Virus genome (UHGV): UHGV-1380528
Source of the DNA: a virus
DNA: 47,910 nt
Direction: 5' to 3' (one strand)
In this document: positions 27,196 to 38,984 of the stretch, in pieces
Position numbering within the stretch: position 1 is the first letter of the stretch
How the letters are laid out: each line of letters starts with the position of its first letter
Translations under genes and position numbers: made by a program
Notes under the pieces: generated by a model
Databases searched by the model: none
Seen by the model: only the letters and a program-made list of their open reading frames with translations
Told to the model about the DNA's origin: nothing

Positions 27196-30100
27196 TTACG
27201 ATGACATGTTGGCTTCAATTGCTGCCAGGCGTTTTTCGATATCCTGTTGTTTTGCGATGGTTGCGCGGGAAATCCAGAACAGTAGTTCTTCCTTACGAAA
27301 TGCATAATCTTCCCCAGCTTCACTTGCGGGTTCGACTACTTTACTCCCAGCCTCACGCACCAGCATTTTGACTTCAGGAACCGCCTCAACAATGAGGTTT
27401 CCTTCCTCGTCATACTCGGCATCGGTGCCGGGGATAGTTTCATATTCCGCTTCCCATGTTTCTATGACGGCATCTTGCGCATCCCATTTGTCATAACAGA
27501 ATGCTGAATACTGTGTCCAGTCCAGCCCGTACTTATCCATAATTTCAATGGCGTCTTGTACTGTTGGTCCACTATGCAGGCGAGCGTCGTCCCCCTCAAC
27601 CTGGTATCTTTCCATCCACTGCCACACAGAGTTGAGCATAGCTATTTCATAGAATGCAGCCACCTCAACAGGGGAAATCTGGCGAATGTTTGTCTTTTTA
27701 TCGCGGTTTGATGTTGCAATGGTGCTGTTGGTTGCAAACACCTGAGACCAGCGATTAGACGAAGTACCAAGAGAATAGGTGCCATCCGCAGAGGGGAACA
27801 TTTTCCCAACTACTGAAAGGTTTCCGGCAGCCTCTATTACCATACCGGACGCAGACGAGGCTACTACACGATGACTAGGCGTGGTACCGCCATTGAAGTA
27901 CCATTCCATCGCTTTAACACCACTAGCCCCATTATACCCAATACCAGCAGACACAGATGAGCGGTGAGCTTTCGCTACTGATATGCCGTTTACAGTCACC
28001 GAGTTTGCAATAACAGCATTGAAATTTCTGTCGTTATAGAACGTATAAGCTGGTACTTGCGCCTGGTCGACGGTCAGAGTGTCACCCACCGCCCCGGTGT
28101 TTCCTTGTACGAGGTAACGGTTAGACGATGTTCCATCACTGTTCAGCAGACGCTTAATCAGCCGAACTTGACCGGTCACGCCGGTTGATGAGCCGCCGGT
28201 GATATACAGCGGTATACCAACAGCAACGTAAGGTAAATAAGCGGCAGGTATGCTGATTATTGTTGTGGCATTACTATTTACCGTTTCAACGGTCGCGCTG
28301 AATGCAACTTTGAAAGCAGCTTCAAGCGTGCAGCCACCCGTCACCATTTTCTGGTCCAGCATGTAGCCGCTGGTAAGTGTCTGGGAAATGATGTAACCGC
28401 TCTGCGTACGCCGCACATGCGACCACGGACCGATAATATCACCAGGGAAGAACAGACCGCCGCCAAGAGAGCTATCCAGCCCGACTGGGTTGGTGACCGG
28501 ACTTAACACGGAATTACCGTTAGTTTCCGGGGTGTAGTTTCCGCAACCAGCTGGAAACAACGGAACGCCACCCTGATACGCCTCTACCGCAATAAGCGTT
28601 ATCGGCGTGCTGCCATCAGCTGGTACATTTACCATAACCCCACAATTTCGCGCATACGTATACAGGCCATCCCATGCCGTCAGCCTTTTATTCGGGATCA
28701 TCGCCATTTTTGTCCCATTGCCGAAATCAAACATATGCTCGGCAAAAGACTTATATAGCGCCTCATCAGTATTTGGTCCATCCTGGGCGGCGGCAGTAAT
28801 CCAGGCATAAATATTACGCGGATTAAAATTCCCTGAGTGGTCTTTATACCAGATGCAAACATGTGACTTAACTGATGGGTTTTGCCATGGCAACATGACT
28901 GGTTTTGCGTTTACTTGCAATCCATTTGCGTTAAACATTTCTTTCGCATACGGTCGGTTACGTATTGAATCCCAGTCAGTGCCACTAAATACATATACGT
29001 TATAAGGACCGTATTTAAAGTCAAATCCTCCATGACGAAATGCACCGAGGTCACGAATAGGCGTACCCCACGCAAATTGTGTTACCCCATTTGGCGTATC
29101 ATAGTGTGTAAATCCATCAGGATACGTTGAGTTACCACCATCATCAGTTGTCGGGAAACACCCACCCTCAAAGCGCAGTGATGAGTATTCTGTAAAGTTA
29201 TCTTTATACTGGCTAAGGAGGTTAATGTGTAAACCAGCTAAACGTGATGCTTTTCCGTTAAAACCCCATGCACTAACTGTCAGGAAGTTGTAGGTCCATT
29301 CAGTATAAACGGCATCGAAGGAGTGGTTTTGTGCAGTGGAGTAGACCGTACCGTATCTGGCATTATAGTCCTTAGTTGCTGCCGGGCTCCAGTAACCACC
29401 AGAGACCTTCAGAACAGTACCAGAACACACGGCAATATATTCTGGTATATCACCTGACACGTTGGCCGCATTCCGCCATGCCATGCGGTTGGTTACTTCG
29501 CAGTTTTCCAGAGCTGACCAGTCACATCCATTGCGGTACGTACCACGGCGGCCACCCATAAATTTACTGTTGTAATGGGTGGTGCGGTTAAAGTTACCAA
29601 AGCGGGAAGTAATTCCTGCATCAACCCAGGCATCAACTATGTATTTATAGTCAATACTGTCGTTATCGAATGCGTGCCCGTTCTGGTTAAATTCAGTGGC
29701 TTCTACTTCGGCAGTCATTTCCACCATGGCCCACATGAATGTTTCACGAACTATTGTGCCATGGGTAGAGAAACCTTCTGGGTTAAGTACAAGGATACCT
29801 ACACCAGATGAACATTCATCCCGAGTGGCTTGGATAGTATGATCACCAAAAAGCGTGCCACCATAAACATCCACGTTTTGTAGGCTTACAGAGCCCCCAT
29901 AAATGCCCTGATTAACCGCTAACCATTTTTCCGTTATCTCATCTACGCCATGCTGGAATCCGTTAAGTCGTTTACCGGTTGCCGCAAATGTGTAAGAGGC
30001 TCCGGCAAACACAAATATACGTGATGCGTTTAGGTAGTAAGATACTCCAGAATAGAGTTTGGCATATTTTTTACCAATTCTATAGTCGTTTGTTGGCACT

Positions 30101-31071
30101 ATAATGTTTACGCGCTTACCACCATCATAAGTGTTGATGTTATTTGCGCTAGAAACACCAAGAGTCATATGCGACTGAATGCCGTTTATAACCTGGCCAA
30201 GACAGACAAAGTTGTCGGTTGTTCGGTCTGTAAGTTTTGAAAATGAGTAAGATTTTGCGCCATTACTCAGGACGCTAATTTCGCCATAACTCACATCCAG
30301 TTCATACTCTAAACCATTTGCGTTATAAATCTTTGCCTCATCAACTACATGAGTTCCCGCCTTCGATAGATCTGTATTACCTGTTTTAATCCATATCCCA
30401 GCACCGCCATCATATGCGGAATAAAAACCCCTAACCCTGATCGCTGAATAATCAGTGGTCAGATTAAAAATAGAAACAGCATCAGGAAGCCATTGTCCCA
30501 ACTGGTACTGTATTTGCTGACGGATGTCATTGTCACCAATAGCAACAAGATACTGAGAATCGTTTTCCCAGCTCGTTGCATCAGTACCTGTAGTCGTAAA
30601 TCCAATAGGAGTACTTGCTGCGAGTCTATATGCCACGCCATTATAAACCGTGACCTGACTGCGGTTTGTAAATGTCACTGGACCATCTACATAATCAGGC
30701 AACCACGAATAACCCGAGGCTGCGAGCATGTCGTTAAATTCATCTCTTTGGTCTGTAATCTGAGCAACGAACTCGTTTTCCTGTGAGACCAATTGTTCAT
30801 TAAATCTTGTTTTTTGGTCATTAAATTGCTCAGTCCAATCTTCATTCTGTTGAGTCATCTGATCATTAAAATCAGACTCTCTTTGATTTTGCGCATCCTG
30901 AAACTGTTTGTTTCTGCCAGAATTGGTAAGTCTCTGCGCGCCGAATCGGTCAGTGTAGTAATCAGCACTTCCGTTGACTTCTTCATCAATCTTCCCGGCG
31001 TTAAACTTCAGGTCGCGCGGGTCTTCAGAAGGGATTGGGTTATTAGTTGGGTTAGTAGCCATTGGCTGCAA
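27196..31071 (-). CDS. tail fiber / tailspike-like protein (1291 aa) with C-terminal intramolecular-chaperone (peptidase S74-like) domain
   Basis: N-terminal FN(D/E)Q heptad repeats; large central beta-rich region; C-terminal SNRDKK...YGLDWTQY...IEANMSS resembles auto-cleaving chaperone domains of T5 pb1 / endosialidase type. Confidence 0.6.
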   Translation of the reverse strand: MQPMATNPTNNPIPSEDPRDLKFNAGKIDEEVNGSADYYTDRFGAQRLTNSGRNKQFQDAQNQRESDFNDQMTQQNEDWTEQFNDQKTRFNEQLVSQENEFVAQITDQRDEFNDMLAASGYSWLPDYVDGPVTFTNRSQVTVYNGVAYRLAASTPIGFTTTGTDATSWENDSQYLVAIGDNDIRQQIQYQLGQWLPDAVSIFNLTTDYSAIRVRGFYSAYDGGAGIWIKTGNTDLSKAGTHVVDEAKIYNANGLEYELDVSYGEISVLSNGAKSYSFSKLTDRTTDNFVCLGQVINGIQSHMTLGVSSANNINTYDGGKRVNIIVPTNDYRIGKKYAKLYSGVSYYLNASRIFVFAGASYTFAATGKRLNGFQHGVDEITEKWLAVNQGIYGGSVSLQNVDVYGGTLFGDHTIQATRDECSSGVGILVLNPEGFSTHGTIVRETFMWAMVEMTAEVEATEFNQNGHAFDNDSIDYKYIVDAWVDAGITSRFGNFNRTTHYNSKFMGGRRGTYRNGCDWSALENCEVTNRMAWRNAANVSGDIPEYIAVCSGTVLKVSGGYWSPAATKDYNARYGTVYSTAQNHSFDAVYTEWTYNFLTVSAWGFNGKASRLAGLHINLLSQYKDNFTEYSSLRFEGGCFPTTDDGGNSTYPDGFTHYDTPNGVTQFAWGTPIRDLGAFRHGGFDFKYGPYNVYVFSGTDWDSIRNRPYAKEMFNANGLQVNAKPVMLPWQNPSVKSHVCIWYKDHSGNFNPRNIYAWITAAAQDGPNTDEALYKSFAEHMFDFGNGTKMAMIPNKRLTAWDGLYTYARNCGVMVNVPADGSTPITLIAVEAYQGGVPLFPAGCGNYTPETNGNSVLSPVTNPVGLDSSLGGGLFFPGDIIGPWSHVRRTQSGYIISQTLTSGYMLDQKMVTGGCTLEAAFKVAFSATVETVNSNATTIISIPAAYLPYVAVGIPLYITGGSSTGVTGQVRLIKRLLNSDGTSSNRYLVQGNTGAVGDTLTVDQAQVPAYTFYNDRNFNAVIANSVTVNGISVAKAHRSSVSAGIGYNGASGVKAMEWYFNGGTTPSHRVVASSASGMVIEAAGNLSVVGKMFPSADGTYSLGTSSNRWSQVFATNSTIATSNRDKKTNIRQISPVEVAAFYEIAMLNSVWQWMERYQVEGDDARLHSGPTVQDAIEIMDKYGLDWTQYSAFCYDKWDAQDAVIETWEAEYETIPGTDAEYDEEGNLIVEAVPEVKMLVREAGSKVVEPASEAGEDYAFRKEELLFWISRATIAKQQDIEKRLAAIEANMSS

Positions 31072-31100
31072 TCTCCGTAATCATTGATTGCCCTATTATA

Positions 31101-33581
31101 TCATGCAACAGGGTTGGTGTAGGCGTACATGGCGTCATTGTATTCAGTTACTGTGAGAGAAACTGTGCCATCTGTACCTGGGGTTTTCTGGCTGACTGTC
31201 CATAACGTTGAGTCAAGCTCAACCTCTGTTGAGATGGCATATCTTGATTCTGACTGAACATTAACACCATCAAAAATGTTTAACTCGAAGTCGGATGGTA
31301 ATGCGCACTCGAATGTGTTCAATCCAGTAACGGCACAAGCCAATCGTTCTGACACATTCCCATTGGCGCCAGTGATAACGACAAACAGGCCGCTTCCCGC
31401 CGTGAGCTGTTCACTGGTGGTAAATACGCTTCCAGACCTTGAACGGATAACACCTGTTTGCTGTACAGAATCATAAATGTCGACAACAGAAATCATATCG
31501 CCAACGTTCACCCACTCGCCATCAGCAAGCGCTTTTATCTCCATTCCGCGACGTGAGTACATCAGGCGATTGCATTCAAGCATGGCCCGGTCTGTTGCCT
31601 GATACAGATTCCGAACATATAACATGTCGAATTTTTTCGGCTTAGTCGGCTCTCCCGGCTCTATACCAGAAGTGCCAACTTTATAATAAACGTAAGCCTG
31701 TTTGTTGGTGTTTGGGTCGCGGTACTGAACACTTACGCCATCATATGACCCAGGCAAAGTCATGTCATAAGACATTTTATAGCCATCGGCCTTTGTGTTT
31801 CTGGTATTGAATACGGTTTCAGGAGTTGATTTTTGCTCATCTCTTGAAAAAGATAAAACGCCATCATCCCAAAATACGGTTACACGCGCTGCATCACAGA
31901 TGGTCTGAATTCGTTCACCGATCGATTTATCCTCATCGTCAAATGTGTAATCAAAATACCCAAGACGCTCATCAGGCAGCGCATCAGCTATTTCATAGAG
32001 CCTTCCTATGTCAATGGTGCTTTCAGGTTGACCAGCGGTAATAAGCCAGTTATGCAGCACTGAATCTGCAAAACTTCTTGATGGACTTAACGTATAGTCG
32101 ACTGCCCCGGTTGTTCTGTTGTATCCAATAGTCCAGCGGGTAATCAGCGCATTATATTTGCGCTCAGTAACTGATGTTGGCTGAAGCGTGGCCTTCACCG
32201 TCACTTTAACAAGGGTGTCATCAGGATAAACCACATTCTCACGGATGTTGATGGCATGTGCTGCCTGCAACGTTACGCGGTTGCCAGAGTTTGAGTTGTT
32301 TGTCCTTTCAATGCTGATAGCATACTTAGCCAGCCCATAAGCAGGAGTTAACTTATAAGTGCGATAATAGGTTTTTGTTGTCTGATTGAATGGGTTGTCA
32401 ATGCTGTCTGCGAGCTGCTCCTCGGTTCCTGGAATGGCATCTCCATTATCATCAACCGCCCATACCTTGATAAGGTAATCTGCCGTTCCACTAGTCGGCC
32501 CAAGCTCAGACTGAACGTGAACCCATACCTGGGTAGACTCTACAGCTCCAACATATGGGCCAACAACGAGCGCCTCATCATCCACAATCTGGAAATAATT
32601 GCTGTTGATGGTTGCGCCTGTCAGGTTGCCAAGATTTGCGCCTGTCAGGTTATTGAAGGTGAAATTATAGAAGTACTGAATATCAGGAATGACGCCTGTC
32701 TCAGTTTCCTCAGCCGAAATGATGTTGCCACTAAGCTGAATATTTTCAGTAACTGGCCCGGATGTCGAGTTGTAGGTAATATTTATTGTTAATGACACTG
32801 AGTGAGGCAAAGACAATCCCATAAAGTAATCGAAATCAGTGTTTTTTGGTATGACCATCAACAACTGTCCGCCAGCATAATTTCCACTGGTAACAGATGT
32901 TGTGGTTGCCGTCTCTATCGGGGTATCTTCTGACTCGTTAAGCCCTGGAACCTCCTGACCATCAAGCCCGTCGAACTGGTAAGGCTCAATGATTTGCCCG
33001 ATCACATCACCTGGATTGTAGATGACATGAGTGGCGCCGGGCAGAGAACCAAGATTAGTTTCCGCATAGCGAACCGATGAAATGGTGTATTTCCCAAGGC
33101 CAAAGTTCATGAATTCGGTGACGTACTTCAGATCGTCAATGTATTCAAAAAGCGATTCCTGAATCAGGTCAGGGAATGCCCTTATCTGGCCAAAGTTGTC
33201 AGGTCTTGCCTCTCCATTTCGCGCAATATTGGTTTGCGATTTCAGGCTGTTATTGGGTGATTCAACCGTCGTTCCGGTGCTGGTTGATGGCGTTGATGCT
33301 TTTGGCAGCAGAAAAGAAAGAACCTTAGTTACAGGCTTGAGTATCGTGCTGATAAGATCGCCAATGGCGCCGCGAGGCTGGCAGTAAATGTTAACAATAT
33401 CGTTTTGCTTTAACGATATCGACAATTCATCATCAGGGCCAAAAATGCGGCCATTCAGTGCAATCCTGATGTCAGATGGAAGACCGGAATTCTCCAGCCA
33501 TCTCCACAGATTTGTGCCAGCAGGAACATTACCCGTCTCTTTTGGAACTCCTGGCATCTTCTGAATGTGAATAACCGGCAT
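31101..33581 (-). CDS. tail tip / host-specificity protein (gpI-like N-terminus fused to gpJ-like body)
   Basis: 826 aa; N-terminus [17 protein letters not shown] resembles tail assembly protein I; follows NlpC/P60 gpK-like gene. Confidence 0.55.
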   Translation of the reverse strand: MPVIHIQKMPGVPKETGNVPAGTNLWRWLENSGLPSDIRIALNGRIFGPDDELSISLKQNDIVNIYCQPRGAIGDLISTILKPVTKVLSFLLPKASTPSTSTGTTVESPNNSLKSQTNIARNGEARPDNFGQIRAFPDLIQESLFEYIDDLKYVTEFMNFGLGKYTISSVRYAETNLGSLPGATHVIYNPGDVIGQIIEPYQFDGLDGQEVPGLNESEDTPIETATTTSVTSGNYAGGQLLMVIPKNTDFDYFMGLSLPHSVSLTINITYNSTSGPVTENIQLSGNIISAEETETGVIPDIQYFYNFTFNNLTGANLGNLTGATINSNYFQIVDDEALVVGPYVGAVESTQVWVHVQSELGPTSGTADYLIKVWAVDDNGDAIPGTEEQLADSIDNPFNQTTKTYYRTYKLTPAYGLAKYAISIERTNNSNSGNRVTLQAAHAINIRENVVYPDDTLVKVTVKATLQPTSVTERKYNALITRWTIGYNRTTGAVDYTLSPSRSFADSVLHNWLITAGQPESTIDIGRLYEIADALPDERLGYFDYTFDDEDKSIGERIQTICDAARVTVFWDDGVLSFSRDEQKSTPETVFNTRNTKADGYKMSYDMTLPGSYDGVSVQYRDPNTNKQAYVYYKVGTSGIEPGEPTKPKKFDMLYVRNLYQATDRAMLECNRLMYSRRGMEIKALADGEWVNVGDMISVVDIYDSVQQTGVIRSRSGSVFTTSEQLTAGSGLFVVITGANGNVSERLACAVTGLNTFECALPSDFELNIFDGVNVQSESRYAISTEVELDSTLWTVSQKTPGTDGTVSLTVTEYNDAMYAYTNPVA

Positions 33582-34008
33582 AAGTCAGGAACCTTAATTT
33601 TGTTGATAATTTTTCGAGTGTTTTAAGGCGGTCTGTCTTGACTGCCGTTTTCTCTCGCGCATGCAGTATTTTATCACGACCCCACCACAGAGCGACATGT
33701 ACCGGATGACTGGCTCGATAGGCAACCACCACATCGCCAATTTTTGGCCGGTCTGTGTCTTTCCAGAATGAAACTTCCTCATTGAAACAAGTGACAAAAT
33801 CGCCGCCACTTGAATATGAATCATCGTGATGAACATTGATATTCATACAAAGACGATAGAACAGCACCACCAGACCCCAGCAGTCCACTGCATCAACGTG
33901 ACAGCATCTGTCAACATATGGTTTTCCAGCCATCAGCCGCTCAAAATCGTCAAACGGTACGCAGTCCGGGGAATTCTGTGATGTCATAAAGTTTTGCCAC
34001 GTTGCCAT
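33529..34008 (-). CDS. tail assembly protein, NlpC/P60 peptidase-like (gpK-like)
   Basis: 159 aa with Cys/His arrangement ([12 protein letters not shown] ... [14 protein letters not shown]). Confidence 0.5.
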   Translation of the reverse strand: MATWQNFMTSQNSPDCVPFDDFERLMAGKPYVDRCCHVDAVDCWGLVVLFYRLCMNINVHHDDSYSSGGDFVTCFNEEVSFWKDTDRPKIGDVVVAYRASHPVHVALWWGRDKILHAREKTAVKTDRLKTLEKLSTKLRFLTYAGYSHSEDARSSKRDG

Positions 34009-34420
34009 TGATTGGGTTTTTTATGGAAATGGAGACAGTTACATCAGACTGATCAAGCGTCACATCGTTCACATAAAGCGTATATGGTTTTAATGGTGTG
34101 TCTTTGTCAGTATCATCAAAGCGCTGGTATAACGCGGTGATAGGCTCAATACGACCAGACCCTGACCATAACTTTAAATATTGTTTGAAGTCATTAGCCA
34201 GTCGCGCAAACTTCAGCGTGGCATTGATTACCGGTGTGTTCGATTGTTGGCTTCTGGTTACATCCATTCGTACTGGCTGGTAGGTCTGCCCGCCAAGTAC
34301 AACATCAGAAAACTCGTTGCCAACTAGCCGGACATAACCAAATGAGGAATGATAAAAGGTTATTGTGTCATACAGCTTCCAGTTTGGCCTTTTCGACTGG
34401 TATTCACGCAATGTTGGCAT
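33950..34420 (-). CDS. minor tail protein (gpL-like position)
   Basis: 156 aa; position after gpM-like gene. Confidence 0.4.
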   Translation of the reverse strand: MPTLREYQSKRPNWKLYDTITFYHSSFGYVRLVGNEFSDVVLGGQTYQPVRMDVTRSQQSNTPVINATLKFARLANDFKQYLKLWSGSGRIEPITALYQRFDDTDKDTPLKPYTLYVNDVTLDQSDVTVSISIKNPINGNVAKLYDITEFPGLRTV

Positions 34421-34890
34421 TATGGATACTCCGGCAAATCCCTGTTAACCACTTCATCGAGCCATGAATACCATCTATCATCAAGCTCAACAAGCACATC
34501 ATCAAACTCATCCATGGAGTTATTGAGGGTTTTACAGATGACATTTCCAGTCCATGTGACGATGCCGCCATTAATGCTTGTCTGCACGGGGTAATCAGTA
34601 AAGTGCAAAGTCTGATTCTGTAATCCGCTGCCACCAAGATCGATATCCATCGTGAACCATTCATTGCACTTGTTGAGATAGTTTGGGCTTCTCAACCACT
34701 GCATAAATGCCCGCTCCTGCCTGAGCGTGAAAACCCATGTCAAACTCCATGTTACTGCAACATCGGTAGTTAACTTTTGAAATATTGGCGCCCCAACCGC
34801 AGGCTGATCACTGCGGAATGGGGTTTGAGTCGTCATGTTCTTGCTGGCACGCTGCGCAAGCGGTAGCCATGATGGGTAAGCTATAGCCAT
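34420..34890 (-). CDS. minor tail protein (gpM-like position)
   Basis: 156 aa directly after tape measure gene; ATGA-type overlap. Confidence 0.4.
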   Translation of the reverse strand: MAIAYPSWLPLAQRASKNMTTQTPFRSDQPAVGAPIFQKLTTDVAVTWSLTWVFTLRQERAFMQWLRSPNYLNKCNEWFTMDIDLGGSGLQNQTLHFTDYPVQTSINGGIVTWTGNVICKTLNNSMDEFDDVLVELDDRWYSWLDEVVNRDLPEYP

Positions 34891-37800
34891 TATTCTGTTG
34901 CCCTTCTGGTTGCAGTGGTATTGCTGGTAATAGCCTGAGAAATAGGGCCGCCATTTTCTATGTCGGCAACGATAGTCTCAATTGTAACAGACCCGTCACC
35001 GTTATCTTTTGCGGTGGTTGTCACGTTTGATGACGTATAGTTTGTCACACTATTATAAATCACAAGGCCACTGCCACCGCCGGCAAGGTCTTTGTTGCTG
35101 ATAACCTTTCCGTTATCCCCTGGTATCATGTACTGATTACCATTGCTGGCCTGGAAGATTTCAGGCAGGTTATTCTCGCCGACCTGATACATTGCACCAG
35201 CCTGCGCAGGTCCACCATTCTTCAGCGCTCCGGCAACAGACATTGCTTTAGCTACGCCAACAGTGGAAGCAATACCAGCCTGTGCAGGGATTGCGTTAGC
35301 TCCAGATGTAGCAAGAGAGGTCATTGCTGCTGCTGGCGCCATGGCTGCTGCAATAACTTGTGCCTGAGTCGCTGCCATCGCTGAGGCTGCGGTCATCCCA
35401 ACCTGACCCATAATCACCGATTTAAGCCACTCCACGCCCATCTGAACGAATGAGTTAATCACAGCGTTCAACACAGTGCTGCCGATTGACTGTAGCGCCT
35501 CGCTAACAGACATTGAGCCAGTCAGAACGCCAGTTAAAGCATTGCTTGCGGTTTGCCCAAAAGCATCAAATGCAGCAGCAGCCGCTTGCGTAGCCGCATT
35601 CTGCTGGCTCCATTCCTGCCACATAGCATCAAGGCGCTGCTGGCGGTATTGTTCCTCAATAGCTGCTCTGGTCTGCTCAACCTCCGCTATCTTTTGCGGG
35701 TAAGCCACCGCGTAAGCATTGAGCGCTGCTAAATCCTTCTGGTAATTTGTTTCAACGGCAAACATTGGGGATGTCTGCGATTTTAATGCAGAGAATCCCT
35801 TGACAGCTTCGACCCTTTGTTTCTCTGCCTCCGCCTGAGCCTTTATCGCGTTGGCATTATCCCATGCCTTAGCCGCATATTGCCCGGCAAGGTTAATTTG
35901 CTCCTGAGTGGCTCCCTTGCCAAGGGATTGCTGAGCGGCCAGTATTGACTGTTCACGGCTAAGCTCTCTTGTGCTTTCAGCGGTAAGCAGTGACTTCTGG
36001 CGAAGCTGCTCAAGTTTATTGGCGATATTCTCCTGCTCTGTGGCTGCTTTTTTTGCCGATGATTGAGAATTATTTTGTGCTTTTTCTCTTGCTTTCTCGG
36101 CCTCATTCAAATCATATATCTGCCCTGCAAGTTCAGCAGCCCTGGCTATCTGATTGGGGTTATCAGTTACCTTTTGAGCCTCCAGTCGTGCTTTTGTTAC
36201 CGCCCTCTGTCTTTCATCCTGTATTTTTAAAAGCTGATTCTGCTCCTCAAGACTGAGAATCATCTTATCAGCTTCTTTTGTTGGGGCTGACACCTGCAAG
36301 GATTTGGGGTTGAAGTTTTGCCCGGCTTGGTTTGCTCTGTTTATCTCATCGGCAGTCAATCCAAATGCTCTTGCCTCCGCCCCCTGCACTCTCTCAAGAG
36401 TCGAGCCTTTCTCAATCAGGCCATCATGCACGCCCATAGACGTGAGCATGTTGTTTGTTAGGGTTCTGCTTGCTTCTGATGCTGTTTCCTGAGTTCTTGC
36501 TAGTTTATCCTGGGCGTCAGCTAAATCTCTTGATGCTTTATTTAATTTATTGAGTACTGATTCCTGGTCTGAAGCAAATTGCGACCCTTGACCAAGAGAT
36601 TCTGCCACCTCTTGCGCGGCGGGAGTGAAGCTGAGATACCTCTCACGAAGTGCATCAACTTCACTTTGTAGATTTCTCACAACATCCTTTTGCGCCGAAA
36701 TTGAAATATTGGCGTCAGCTATCACCCCCCTGAGTTGGGTATTGTTCATCGCCTTCATTGAGGCGTTAACTTCATCCAGGCTATCGGCAAAGCGGATTGC
36801 TTCTTCTTTGGCTTGCTGTGCTTTCTGCCAGAAGTAAAATATTGCCCCCGCCGCTAACATTGCCGCGCCAGCTGGTCCGCCTATCAATGAAAGCGCACCT
36901 CTGGCAAGTCCAATCCCTACCGATGCAGCACTTGCCGCTGATGCTGCTCTCGCTGATGCGGCAGCCTGTGCGTTTTCAGCCTGAGCAAGGGATAGTGACG
37001 CGGCGCTCGCTCTTGATTTTGCTGCAACCAAAGCATCAAGCGCCAGCATCTCGGCTGCGCTGCCTTTTGCTACGTTATATTCAGCCTGAGCAAGCGCCAG
37101 AGATGATAGCGCTGCCTCTTTATCAGCTAAAGCCTTCCTCTGTGCGGAGTTTGCAGCTACAAGTGCTGATTGCGACTGCTGGTTCTCGGCCATTAATTGT
37201 TGTCTTGACGCCGCTATATCTGAAATCTTCGCGGCAGTAGACATTGCCAGCGCGCCAACATAACGGCTTCCCATTATGCCAGCTACAATGGTTAGCGCCG
37301 TCCCGAGAGCCTGAATGTTTTCACTAGCCAGTATCACTGAGTCGCTAAAGATTTTTACGCCTGTTTTTACCGTTGCGTTTTTCCCAAAGAATCTTGCAAC
37401 GTTATTTCCGGCTATCTCCAGAGACTGGCTGATGGTAGATGTTGTTTTGGCGAACTCTCTCCCAATACTGTCTCCCTGCGACAGGAGGCCATTGACTATA
37501 ACATCAGTTGTTAGTTTCCCTTGCGCAGCCATATTTCTAAGCTCGCCGATCCCAACACCAAGAGAGTCTGCAAGAGCTATCATGAGCCGGTTGCCCTGCT
37601 CGTTTACTGAGTTGAACTCATCTCCCCGAAGGGCGCCAGATGCCATGCCTTGTGCAAGCTGGATAATTGCGTTACTCGCTTCCTCAGCTGACGCGCCGGA
37701 TACAACAAAACCCTGATTGATTATTGTTGTCAGCCTTGTCAGGTCTTCCACGCTTACACCATAGCTTCTGGTGGACCTCTCAAGTCTGGCGTACAAGGTG

Positions 37801-38180
37801 GCCGTTGCGTCCAGTCCTGAGCGTGTTTTCTGCGCGATATCAAAAACACGATTAGTTACATCGGCAAGGGTTTCAAACGGCGGAACCGAATCTCTGACGG
37901 CGTTAGAGAGTTTGTTACTCATATCCTGCCACGCCTGAGCGTAGGCGCCAACCTGCTGCACTGACAAAGCAGCAAGCAAGCCTTTTGCAACCCCGGTGAG
38001 GCTCGACATGGTTCCTTCCATTGAGCTTATAGAGCGCTCCGTCCTGTTTACACTGGCCTCGAGCCGCCCCATATTCCCACTAAGGTCATTTAGCATTGAC
38101 TCTATTTCACGACTGCCAGCCGCTAACTGAGATGTATCAATGCCAACCTCATAGACAATGCCGCCAACTTCTTCTGCCAT
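34890..38180 (-). CDS. tail tape measure protein
   Basis: 1096 aa, Ala/Gln-rich coiled-coil, between chaperone and minor tail genes. Confidence 0.85.
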   Translation of the reverse strand: MAEEVGGIVYEVGIDTSQLAAGSREIESMLNDLSGNMGRLEASVNRTERSISSMEGTMSSLTGVAKGLLAALSVQQVGAYAQAWQDMSNKLSNAVRDSVPPFETLADVTNRVFDIAQKTRSGLDATATLYARLERSTRSYGVSVEDLTRLTTIINQGFVVSGASAEEASNAIIQLAQGMASGALRGDEFNSVNEQGNRLMIALADSLGVGIGELRNMAAQGKLTTDVIVNGLLSQGDSIGREFAKTTSTISQSLEIAGNNVARFFGKNATVKTGVKIFSDSVILASENIQALGTALTIVAGIMGSRYVGALAMSTAAKISDIAASRQQLMAENQQSQSALVAANSAQRKALADKEAALSSLALAQAEYNVAKGSAAEMLALDALVAAKSRASAASLSLAQAENAQAAASARAASAASAASVGIGLARGALSLIGGPAGAAMLAAGAIFYFWQKAQQAKEEAIRFADSLDEVNASMKAMNNTQLRGVIADANISISAQKDVVRNLQSEVDALRERYLSFTPAAQEVAESLGQGSQFASDQESVLNKLNKASRDLADAQDKLARTQETASEASRTLTNNMLTSMGVHDGLIEKGSTLERVQGAEARAFGLTADEINRANQAGQNFNPKSLQVSAPTKEADKMILSLEEQNQLLKIQDERQRAVTKARLEAQKVTDNPNQIARAAELAGQIYDLNEAEKAREKAQNNSQSSAKKAATEQENIANKLEQLRQKSLLTAESTRELSREQSILAAQQSLGKGATQEQINLAGQYAAKAWDNANAIKAQAEAEKQRVEAVKGFSALKSQTSPMFAVETNYQKDLAALNAYAVAYPQKIAEVEQTRAAIEEQYRQQRLDAMWQEWSQQNAATQAAAAAFDAFGQTASNALTGVLTGSMSVSEALQSIGSTVLNAVINSFVQMGVEWLKSVIMGQVGMTAASAMAATQAQVIAAAMAPAAAMTSLATSGANAIPAQAGIASTVGVAKAMSVAGALKNGGPAQAGAMYQVGENNLPEIFQASNGNQYMIPGDNGKVISNKDLAGGGSGLVIYNSVTNYTSSNVTTTAKDNGDGSVTIETIVADIENGGPISQAITSNTTATRRATE

Positions 38181-38887
38181 TATTTTGCTCCTTTGCTTTT
38201 AGCGGCCTTTCTGGCGGCTTTCTCTTTCAGTTTCTGTTTATTCAGCTTGGCCCGCTCATAAGACGCATCATACTGCTCGCGCGTCATGCCTTCCGGTTCC
38301 GGGTATTTTGATTTTATCATCTGCTGATACTCGGTCATGGTCAGGTCTTCGGCTTCCTCGCGGGTGATTCCGAAATGAGTGCGAGCTGAGATGATGTAAT
38401 CAGACATTCTCAGCTCACTGGTTGTGCGCTTTTGGTTTTCCGAGCGCTGAGGAACCTTGAGCGGAGACTTACCGATGATGCCATGCTCCATCAGGTTGCG
38501 AGCAATAATAATAATGTCATTTACCGGCATTCTTCCGGTGACGTACTTCACACCGCGCGGAGTTGGCTTCCATGACCCAATGAGCACCGAGATATCATCA
38601 TCGCAACATGACTGCATGATGAGACAGGCGGCGCTGAGCACTTTCTTGCCATAGACAGGGCGTGACAGGATTTTTGCCACCTGAATCTGTGCGCCATACG
38701 GCATTGACTGAATGGCGCCAAGTATGGCTGCGTATTCATAGCCATTAAGCGTGGCGTACAGCTCGACAATCTCTTTCGGTGAGCCAAGCTCATTCATCGC
38801 CGCAAATGATGGTTTGAAGAAAAAAGACTTGTCAGCCAGGGAGATGCGCATCTCTCCGATTTCTGTTAGCGGTGTGCGTTGTCTCAT
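38180..38887 (-). CDS. tail assembly chaperone (possibly G/GT-type fusion)
   Basis: 235 aa directly upstream of tape measure; Lys-rich C-terminus. Confidence 0.45.
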   Translation of the reverse strand: MRQRTPLTEIGEMRISLADKSFFFKPSFAAMNELGSPKEIVELYATLNGYEYAAILGAIQSMPYGAQIQVAKILSRPVYGKKVLSAACLIMQSCCDDDISVLIGSWKPTPRGVKYVTGRMPVNDIIIIARNLMEHGIIGKSPLKVPQRSENQKRTTSELRMSDYIISARTHFGITREEAEDLTMTEYQQMIKSKYPEPEGMTREQYDASYERAKLNKQKLKEKAARKAAKSKGAK

Positions 38888-38943
38888 GTCTAAATCCTGT
38901 TTTCACAATGACGTAATTATACCATTGACAGGGGGCACAAAAC

Positions 38944-38955
38944 TGACGTAGATTG
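38944..38955 (+). promoter_or_regulatory. conserved motif TGACGTAGATTG
   Basis: 30 nt upstream of ATG 38985; TTGACA at 38925..38930 upstream. Confidence 0.45.
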
Positions 38956-38984
38956 AAAGCATAAGGTGATTGAGGGTTTCACAT

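Noticed and set aside
35476-37716. Several plus-strand ORFs inside the tape measure gene
   Set aside because: Antisense to a 1096-aa gene with clear tape-measure character; Ala-rich antisense frames are typically open
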